Below, piece by piece: positions 25,878-32,000 of a stretch of 32,000 bases of DNA (position 1 is its first letter; each line of letters starts with the position of its first letter). The DNA is from Candidatus Saccharimonadota bacterium. Lineage in GTDB: Bacteria; Pseudomonadota; Gammaproteobacteria; Enterobacterales; Enterobacteriaceae. Below the pieces are notes generated by a model. That model searched no databases and was not told the origin of the DNA. It saw nothing but the letters and a program-made list of their open reading frames with translations. The translations under genes were made by a program, and so were the position numbers. The stretch spans positions 120,001-152,000 of the forward strand of contig NZ_AP018160.1 in the NCBI RefSeq assembly GCF_004296515.1. The letters run 5' to 3'.

Positions 25878-26846
25878 ATGTATAATTTTATTAACGATAA
25901 AATAATTTCAAATTTAGATAAATTTAATAAAAATATAGTTTTAGAATTAAATGATATTTTAAATTTAGATATCATTATAAGAAATATAAGTAAGATTTTA
26001 TTTTGTACAAAAGATATTAAATTTTGTGATTCTTGTTGTAATTGTAATTTAATAAATACAGATTTAAATAGTAATATATTTATAATAAATAATAATATTA
26101 ATAATAAATATTTTAATAATTCAAATATAGACTATGAAAAATATATTATAGATAATATATTTTTACCTACTATAAATTTTAAATTTAAATTAATATTTAT
26201 ATACAATATAAATTTGTTATCTAATAATATAAAAAATCTAATATTTAAAAAATTAGATAAAGATGTTAAATATATTAAATTTATATTTATATGTAATAAT
26301 ATAAATAATTTAAATTTTATTTTAAAAACAAAATGTTATCTAATTAAAATAGATAATTATAATATAAATTATAATATTAATATATTAAAGAAAAAATATA
26401 ATAAATTGAATTATAAATCTATTATAACTTCATTAAGATTATCAAATAATTCTATAATAAAATCATATTTTATATTAAATCCAAATAATTGGATTAAAAG
26501 AATTAAATTTATAAATTTATTAAAATCAAATTTTTTAGAAAAAAAATCACTAATATTTATTTTAAATTTAGTAAATTTTAATGAAATAGAAATATATAAT
26601 CCTATATTTTGGTTATTAACTTTTATATTAGATTCTATAAAATATAAAAATAATTTTAATATTTGTATTAAAAATATAGATAGTATTAATATATTAAAAA
26701 TAATATCAGATTTATTTTCATATAATATATTAAATATTATTTTAGATAAATTAATAGAATATTTTTATATAATAAACAAAAATATTAATATAGATAAATC
26801 ATTTATATTAATAAAAAATATACTATATATAGAAAGTATAATTTAA
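25878..26846 (+). CDS. holB: DNA polymerase III delta-prime subunit (highly diverged)
   Basis: The ORF track starts at 25782, inside rpmF. The first Met after the rpmF stop (ATG 25878) gives 322 aa (E. coli HolB is 334 aa). The Cys-rich module ISKILFCTKDIKFCDSCCNCNLINTDLNSNIFII matches LSRYLLCQQPQGHKSCGHCRGCQLMQAGTHPDYYTL. LKTKCYLIKI matches LRSRCRLHYL. The order rpmF...holB...hinT follows E. coli after deletions. Confidence 0.6.
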   Translation: MYNFINDKIISNLDKFNKNIVLELNDILNLDIIIRNISKILFCTKDIKFCDSCCNCNLINTDLNSNIFIINNNINNKYFNNSNIDYEKYIIDNIFLPTINFKFKLIFIYNINLLSNNIKNLIFKKLDKDVKYIKFIFICNNINNLNFILKTKCYLIKIDNYNINYNINILKKKYNKLNYKSIITSLRLSNNSIIKSYFILNPNNWIKRIKFINLLKSNFLEKKSLIFILNLVNFNEIEIYNPIFWLLTFILDSIKYKNNFNICIKNIDSINILKIISDLFSYNILNIILDKLIEYFYIINKNINIDKSFILIKNILYIESII

Positions 26847-26869
26847 AATAATTAAATATTTAATAATTT

Positions 26870-27214
26870 ATGTATGATATAAATAATATATTTTATAAAA
26901 TAATAAATGGACATATAAAATCAGATATAATTTATAAAGATAAAATTGTAACTGCATTTTATGATATAAATCCTAAGGCATTAATACATATACTAATAGT
27001 TACTAATAAACTAATATCTACATTAAATGATATAAACATTAAAGATAAATATATAATTGGTCATTTAATATATATATCCACTAAAATAGCAAAAATGAAA
27101 GGTATGTCTGATAATGGATATAGATTAATAATTAATTGTAATAATTATGGAGGACAAGAAATAAATCATTTACATGTACATTTATTAGGAGGTGAAAAAT
27201 TAAAAAATCTATAG
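26870..27214 (+). CDS. hinT: Purine nucleoside phosphoramidase, HIT family
   Basis: 114 aa. [66 protein letters not shown] (histidine triad) are collinear with E. coli HinT. Confidence 0.85.
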   Translation: MYDINNIFYKIINGHIKSDIIYKDKIVTAFYDINPKALIHILIVTNKLISTLNDINIKDKYIIGHLIYISTKIAKMKGMSDNGYRLIINCNNYGGQEINHLHVHLLGGEKLKNL

Positions 27215-28306
27215 AATATTTGATTCTATAATAGCACCTCCTATACAAATTTCATTAATATAAAAAACTACAGATTGACCTGGAACTACTATTCCATATA
27301 ATTTATTAAAAATTATTTTTACTTTATTATTATTTATAAATTCTATTTTAGATTTCATAGTATTTTTACTATATCTAAGTTTTACTTCAATATCTAATCT
27401 ATATATATTTTTTATTTCATTTATTAAATTAACAGAATTTGCTATTAATCCTTTTGATAATAAATTTGGATGATTTTTATCTTGAGATACTATTATTGTA
27501 TTATTTATAACGTTTTTATCTATAATATACCATGGTTTTGATAAATATTTTTTTATCCCACCTATATTTAATCCATATCTTTGGCCTATAGTATAAAAAT
27601 GTATTCCGTTATGAGTACCTATATTAATATTATCTGAAGTAATTATATTTCCATATTTTAATGGTATAAATTTACTAATAAATTTTCTAAAATTTTTTTC
27701 TCCTATAAAACATATTCCAGTAGAAGATTTTTTATCAAAATTTTCAAAGTTTAATTTTTTAGCTAATTCTCTAACATTTTTTTTATACATCCATCCTAAT
27801 GGAAATAAACAAAATTTTAAATTATCATTATTTAGTGTATATAAAAAATAACTTTGATCTTTATCCTTATCTATAGATTTTAATAAAAAATTTTTATTTT
27901 TAAAAAATATATTTTTTACATAATGTCCAGTAGATATATAATTTGCTCCAATATTATTTAATACATATTTTATTAATAGATTAAATTTAATTTCTTTATT
28001 ACACAAAATATCTGGATTAGGAGTTAATCCTAATTTAAGTTTATCTAATGTTATTTTAAATACTTTTTCCCAATATTCTTTTGAAAAATTTATAAAATTT
28101 AATTTTATATTTAATCTACTAGATATTAATTTTGCATAAAAAAAATCTTCTTCAGAATTACAATAATTATTATTATCGTCAATATTCCAATTTTTCATAA
28201 AAATACCTTCTACATAGTATCCCATATTTTTTAATATATAAGCAGATATAGCTGAATCAACCCCTCCGGAAATAGCTACTATTACAAATTTTTTATTATT
28301 AATCAT
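27209..28306 (-). CDS. mnmA: tRNA-specific 2-thiouridylase MnmA
   Basis: The ORF track starts at 28390. Homology begins at the internal Met (ATG 28306..28304): [40 protein letters not shown] matches [54 protein letters not shown] and ATGHY are also conserved. That gives 365 aa (E. coli MnmA is 368 aa). The TAG stop lies inside the last codons of hinT on the other strand. Confidence 0.9.
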   Translation of the reverse strand: MINNKKFVIVAISGGVDSAISAYILKNMGYYVEGIFMKNWNIDDNNNYCNSEEDFFYAKLISSRLNIKLNFINFSKEYWEKVFKITLDKLKLGLTPNPDILCNKEIKFNLLIKYVLNNIGANYISTGHYVKNIFFKNKNFLLKSIDKDKDQSYFLYTLNNDNLKFCLFPLGWMYKKNVRELAKKLNFENFDKKSSTGICFIGEKNFRKFISKFIPLKYGNIITSDNINIGTHNGIHFYTIGQRYGLNIGGIKKYLSKPWYIIDKNVINNTIIVSQDKNHPNLLSKGLIANSVNLINEIKNIYRLDIEVKLRYSKNTMKSKIEFINNNKVKIIFNKLYGIVVPGQSVVFYINEICIGGAIIESNIL

Positions 28307-28364
28307 TTTGTATATAATTTTATTTAAAATATTAATATAATATATTATATTAAATAAATAATAT

Positions 28365-28435
28365 GTCGATATAGTTTTAATATAAAACAATATATTCGTA
28401 ATATATAATTATGGGTTTAAATCCCATTATCGACA
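28365..28435 (+). tRNA. Degenerate tRNA-like cloverleaf, anticodon CGU (would be tRNA-Thr)
   Basis: 71-nt hand fold in which every stem is fully Watson-Crick paired:
- Acceptor GTCGATA / TATCGAC, discriminator A.
- D-stem GTTT / AAAC with loop TAATATA (no G18 G19).
- Anticodon stem ATATA / TATAT with loop TTCGTAA (U33 and A37 present).
- 4-nt variable loop.
- T-arm ATGGG-TTTAAAT-CCCAT (T instead of C56).
G and C are rare here, so the GC-containing acceptor and T stems are unlikely by chance. It lies 31 nt upstream of tRNA-Ser(GGA). Confidence 0.55.
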
Positions 28436-28466
28436 TATTATGTTGTATAATTTATTAATAATTTAT

Positions 28467-28555
28467 AGTGAGATGTCTGAGTGGTTTAAAGAACATGTTT
28501 GGAAAACATGTATATGTGTTAAAACATATCGAGGGTTCGAATCCCTCTCTCACTG
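28467..28555 (+). tRNA. tRNA-Ser (anticodon GGA), class II with a long variable arm
   Basis: Hand-folded cloverleaf:
- Acceptor AGTGAGA / TCTCACT, discriminator G.
- D-arm TCTG-AGTGGTTTAAA-GAA.
- Anticodon stem CATGT / ACATG with loop TTGGAAA.
- Variable arm ATATGT / ACATAT.
- T-arm GAGGG-TTCGAAT-CCCTC.
No CCA is encoded. Confidence 0.9.
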
Positions 28556-28580
28556 TATTATTATGATATAATTATTTAAT

Positions 28581-30098
28581 ATGAATATAATAAAAAATTT
28601 AGTATTAATAGGTATTACTACATCATTATCTAGAACACTTGGTTTTGTAAGAGATGTTATTATAGCTAGAATGTTTGGAGCTTCAGATATTACAGATTCA
28701 TTTTTTATATCTTTTAAATTAATAAATTTTTTAAGAAAGATACTTATAGAAGGTTCATTTTTTCAAGTATTTATTCCAATTTTATCAGAATATAAAAAAA
28801 ATAAAAATATAAATGAGATAAAGGATTTTTTAAGTTGTACTATAGGATTAATAATGTTGTTATTAATAATAATTACTATTATAGGAATATTATTTTCTCC
28901 AACAATATTAAAAATATTTGCTCCAAATATAAATTCTAATATTAAATTTAATTTAACAAATAAAATATTTAGAATAATATTTCCATATATTATTATATCT
29001 ACATTATCTATGTTAGTTAGTTCTGTATTAAATATGTGGGATAATTTTATAGTTCCATCATTATCTTTATCATTTATTAATATAATAATAATATTATTTT
29101 CAATATTTTCTAATAAAATATCTAATCCACCTATATTATCTTTAGCGTGGTCAATATTAATTGGTAATATATTTCAATTAATTTATCAATTAAAATATAT
29201 TAATGATATAGATATGATTATAATTCCTACAATATCACTAAAAAATAGTGGATTAAAAAAATTAATTAATAATATATGGTTAGCTTTATTAAGTACTTCT
29301 ATAAATCAAATATCTATGATAAGTAATACTATTTTTACTTCATTTTTACCATCAGGATCTATATCTTGGATGTATTATGCAGACAAAATAATAGAATTTC
29401 CATCTGGAATAATAATATCTACATTAAATACTATTTTACTTCCTTATTTATCAAAAAGTGCTATAAATAATGATAAAAATGAATATTCTAAATTTTTAGA
29501 TATAGGATTAAGATTATCTATATTAATATCATTACCAATTACTATTATTTTGATAGTTTTATCTAAATTAATAATTTTTTCTATTTTTAAATATGGTAAA
29601 TTTTCTTATTTTGATGCATTAATGACATCTCAATCATTAATAGCATATTCTATAGGATTAATAGGAATTATATTAGTTAAAATTTTAACTCCAAGTTTTT
29701 ATTCTTATCAAGATAATGTAACTCCACTAAAAATATCAATTATAACTTTTATAATAACTCAAATATTAAATTTTATATTTATAACAACACTAAAACATAT
29801 TGGTTTGTCTTTATCAATAGGATTATCTGCATGTTTTAATTCATTATTATTGTATATATATTTAATTAAAAATAATTTATTTAAACCTAAATTAGGATGG
29901 AAAAAATTTATTTATAAAATAGTAATTTCATCAATTAATATGTTATTAATATTAATTATATTTATTAAAATTTTAAATTATATTAAAAATAATTTAATTT
30001 ATAGATTATTAAAATTAATTTTTCTTATTGCTATTGGAATAATTACATATATTTTGTCATTAAAATTATTTAATTTTAATATAAATGATATAATTTAA
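28581..30098 (+). CDS. murJ: Lipid II flippase MurJ (MviN)
   Basis: 505 aa (E. coli MurJ is 511 aa), polytopic membrane protein. SRTLGFVRDVIIARMFGASDITDSFFISFKLINFLRKILIEGSFFQVFIPILSEYK matches [56 protein letters not shown]. Confidence 0.9.
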   Translation: MNIIKNLVLIGITTSLSRTLGFVRDVIIARMFGASDITDSFFISFKLINFLRKILIEGSFFQVFIPILSEYKKNKNINEIKDFLSCTIGLIMLLLIIITIIGILFSPTILKIFAPNINSNIKFNLTNKIFRIIFPYIIISTLSMLVSSVLNMWDNFIVPSLSLSFINIIIILFSIFSNKISNPPILSLAWSILIGNIFQLIYQLKYINDIDMIIIPTISLKNSGLKKLINNIWLALLSTSINQISMISNTIFTSFLPSGSISWMYYADKIIEFPSGIIISTLNTILLPYLSKSAINNDKNEYSKFLDIGLRLSILISLPITIILIVLSKLIIFSIFKYGKFSYFDALMTSQSLIAYSIGLIGIILVKILTPSFYSYQDNVTPLKISIITFIITQILNFIFITTLKHIGLSLSIGLSACFNSLLLYIYLIKNNLFKPKLGWKKFIYKIVISSINMLLILIIFIKILNYIKNNLIYRLLKLIFLIAIGIITYILSLKLFNFNINDII

Positions 30099-30103
30099 TT
30101 AAA

Positions 30104-31852
30104 TTAAATTTTTTTTATTATTTTAATTCCAAGTAATTCTAAACCTTTCTTTATTATATTAGAAGTTAATATACATAAATTTAGTTTAGTATTTTTTATA
30201 TCTATATTATTTATATATATAATTTTATCTGTAGAATAAAATTTAGAAAATTTTTTAGATATCTCATATAAATATAAACATAATAAATTTGGAGTACATA
30301 ATTTAGATACTTTATGTATTATAAATTCAAATTTTATTATTAATAATGATAAATCAAGTTCTTCTTTATTATTTATTTTAAAATTTTTATAACTTAAGTA
30401 ATTTAGATTATTTATTTTATTTTTTTTTAATATAGATAAAATTCTAACATATGAATAATATATATATATTGCAGTATTATCTTTTAAAGATAAAATTTTA
30501 TCTATATCAAAAATATAATTATTATTTTTATTTCTAGATAAATCAAAATATTTTAATGATCCTATACCTATAATTTTTGATAATTTATTAATTTCATTAA
30601 TATTTAAATTTTTATTTTTATTTAATAAAAATATTTTGGTTTTTTCTATAGATTCTTTTATTAATTCTTTTAGTTTAAATGAATCACCTTCTCTTGTTTT
30701 TAATGGTTTTTTATCTTTATTTAAAATCATTCCAAATGAATGAAATTCTAATTTAGAATTAGTTATATATTTGGCCTTTTTAGCTATATAAAAAGATTGT
30801 TTGAAATGATTACTTTGTCTTTTATCTATAAAATATATTATTTTATATGGTTTAAAAAATTCACATCTATATTTTATAGATGTTATTTCTGTTGTTAAAT
30901 ATAAATGTGTATTATTTTTTTTTTGTATTATTGCACACATTTTTTTTCCATATCTATTTTTAGTATTTTTTAATGGAATTAATATTAATCCATTTTTATT
31001 TTTTGCTATATTTTTTTTTAATAAATCATTTATGACATTTGGTATCATATTTTTATAAAAACTTTCTCCAATAATATTATTTATTTTTAAATCAATATTA
31101 AGTTCTTTATATATATATTGATTATTTTTTATAGATATTTTTGTTAAAATTTTCCATATTTTATTATATAAATTATTTTTATTTTGTAATTTTAATAAAC
31201 ATATTTGTGATTTTTCTGCAAAACTTAAATTATTTTTATAATCTAATTTAGATATTTTATATATATTTTCTATTTCATCTATAGAAATTTTTTTTATTGT
31301 TAAATCTTTATGTTTATTTAATTCAATTATTTTACATATTGTCATACCAAAATTTATTCCCCAATCTCCTACATGATTTATTTTTATTATATTATTTCCT
31401 AAAAATTTTAGTATTTTAGATAATGAATCTCCTATTATTGTTGATTTTAAATGACCAACATGCATTTCTTTCATTAAATTTGGAGATGAATAATCTATTA
31501 TTATATTTTTACTAATTTTATTTAATTTAAAAATTAATTTATTTGATTTTATTATTTTTACAATTTTCTTCTCTATATAATTATTATTTATAAAAATATT
31601 AATAAAATCATTATCTATATTAATTTTATATATAAAACTTAATTTTAATAATTCTATTTTTAGATTATTTAATATTTCTTCTTCTTTTAAATTAAATTTT
31701 TTTATAAAAAATTGAATTCCATTTATTTTTATATGATATATATCTATATTTAAACTATTTGTTATAATTATTTTATCTTTTATATCTTTAAAATTTGAAT
31801 TTTTTATTAATTTATATATTTTATTATATATTTTATTATATATATTTATCAT
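30104..31852 (-). CDS. argS: Arginine--tRNA ligase
   Basis: 582 aa (E. coli ArgRS is 577 aa). The class I HIGH region SSPNLMKEMHVGHLKSTIIGDS matches the E. coli HVGHLRSTIIGDA. The remainder has typical ArgRS length and layout. Confidence 0.9.
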   Translation of the reverse strand: MINIYNKIYNKIYKLIKNSNFKDIKDKIIITNSLNIDIYHIKINGIQFFIKKFNLKEEEILNNLKIELLKLSFIYKINIDNDFINIFINNNYIEKKIVKIIKSNKLIFKLNKISKNIIIDYSSPNLMKEMHVGHLKSTIIGDSLSKILKFLGNNIIKINHVGDWGINFGMTICKIIELNKHKDLTIKKISIDEIENIYKISKLDYKNNLSFAEKSQICLLKLQNKNNLYNKIWKILTKISIKNNQYIYKELNIDLKINNIIGESFYKNMIPNVINDLLKKNIAKNKNGLILIPLKNTKNRYGKKMCAIIQKKNNTHLYLTTEITSIKYRCEFFKPYKIIYFIDKRQSNHFKQSFYIAKKAKYITNSKLEFHSFGMILNKDKKPLKTREGDSFKLKELIKESIEKTKIFLLNKNKNLNINEINKLSKIIGIGSLKYFDLSRNKNNNYIFDIDKILSLKDNTAIYIYYSYVRILSILKKNKINNLNYLSYKNFKINNKEELDLSLLIIKFEFIIHKVSKLCTPNLLCLYLYEISKKFSKFYSTDKIIYINNIDIKNTKLNLCILTSNIIKKGLELLGIKIIKKI

Positions 31853-32000
31853 ATTTATTTAATATTAAGTCATGATTTTTAGGATTTATAGAAGCGTCTT
31901 TAGCTAATTTATCGCATATATTATTTTCTATACAATTAGAATGACTCTTAATCCAATTCCAATTTAATATATAATTATTGCTTAATAAATATAATTTTTT
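31836..32000 (-). CDS. rnhA: Ribonuclease HI (C-terminal 54 codons; the gene starts beyond the window end)
   Basis: Absent from the ORF track. The minus-strand frame reads KKLYLLSNNYILNWNWIKSHSNCIENNICDKLAKDASINPKNHDLILNKYDKYI-stop. This aligns with E. coli RNase HI ...[37 protein letters not shown]. The TAA at 31838..31836 lies 17 nt inside argS. Confidence 0.65.
   Translation of the reverse strand, partial: KKLYLLSNNYILNWNWIKSHSNCIENNICDKLAKDASINPKNHDLILNKYDKYI

Noticed and set aside
28365-28435. Reading the tRNA-like element on the minus strand as tRNA-Arg(ACG), which would be a more expected isoacceptor.
   Set aside because: The minus-strand fold needs non-canonical spacing: one or five nucleotides between helices where the cloverleaf needs two and one, and 2 nt between the T stem and the acceptor. 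The plus-strand fold is canonical throughout, with U33 and A37.
31811-31852. A tandem 12-nt repeat (ATATATAATAAA twice, coding IYNK-IYNK) at the argS 5' end, overlapping the rnhA tail.
   Set aside because: This is a low-complexity AT microsatellite-like duplication within a poorly conserved N-terminal extension. It is in frame and has no apparent functional signal. It is probably replication slippage.
1-32000. Search for CRISPR arrays, insertion sequences, integrases, prophage, toxin-antitoxin, restriction-modification or other defence or accessory systems, and for any unexplained long non-coding stretch.
   Set aside because: Every stretch longer than about 150 bp is accounted for by a conserved housekeeping gene or a tRNA. 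I saw no spaced direct repeats, terminal inverted repeats or unassigned ORFs. I do not think this window contains a novel multi-gene system.

Overview
This window is an extremely A+T-rich, almost gap-free stretch of housekeeping genes. It looks like the genome of a highly reduced, Enterobacterales-derived obligate (probably insect) endosymbiont. I can support 36 protein genes (two run off the window edges), 2 canonical tRNA-Ser genes and 1 degenerate tRNA-like element.

Gene order falls into blocks that match E. coli K-12 micro-synteny with large deletions:
- sufS | pheT-pheS-rplT-rpmI-infC-thrS | ydjM
- prmC-prfA | lolB | pth
- aroB-aroK
- rluD | bamD | tyrA-aroF | rplS-trmD-rpsP
- murB, mnmG, mltC, asnS, tusE
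- rne | rluC-rpmF-holB-hinT | mnmA | murJ | argS-rnhA

Functionally the window holds translation genes, shikimate/tyrosine biosynthesis (aroF, aroB, aroK, tyrA; pheA is absent from its ancestral slot) and cell-envelope genes (murB, murJ, mltC, lolB, bamD). That mix suggests a tyrosine-provisioning symbiont of the Nardonella type, but I cannot identify the organism from the sequence alone.

I found no CRISPR array, mobile element, defence, toxin or secretion locus, and no convincing novel multi-gene system. The points worth a second look are signatures of genome erosion and recoding:
1. infC is missed by the ORF track. It starts at AUU/AUA behind the only intergenic AGGAGG in the window.
2. mnmG is split by one extra G at a GGG-AGG-A site. 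This could be a fresh pseudogene, an assembly error, or a +1 frameshift site.
3. RF1 lacks the whole N-terminal domain 1.
4. An identical 18-nt motif preceded by a hairpin sits upstream of both aromatic-pathway operons.
5. A mitochondria-like degenerate tRNA (anticodon CGU) lies beside canonical tRNA-Ser genes.
6. Five convergent gene pairs abut or overlap, leaving no room for terminators.

All coordinates and translations were worked out by hand from the sequence. No database search was run.
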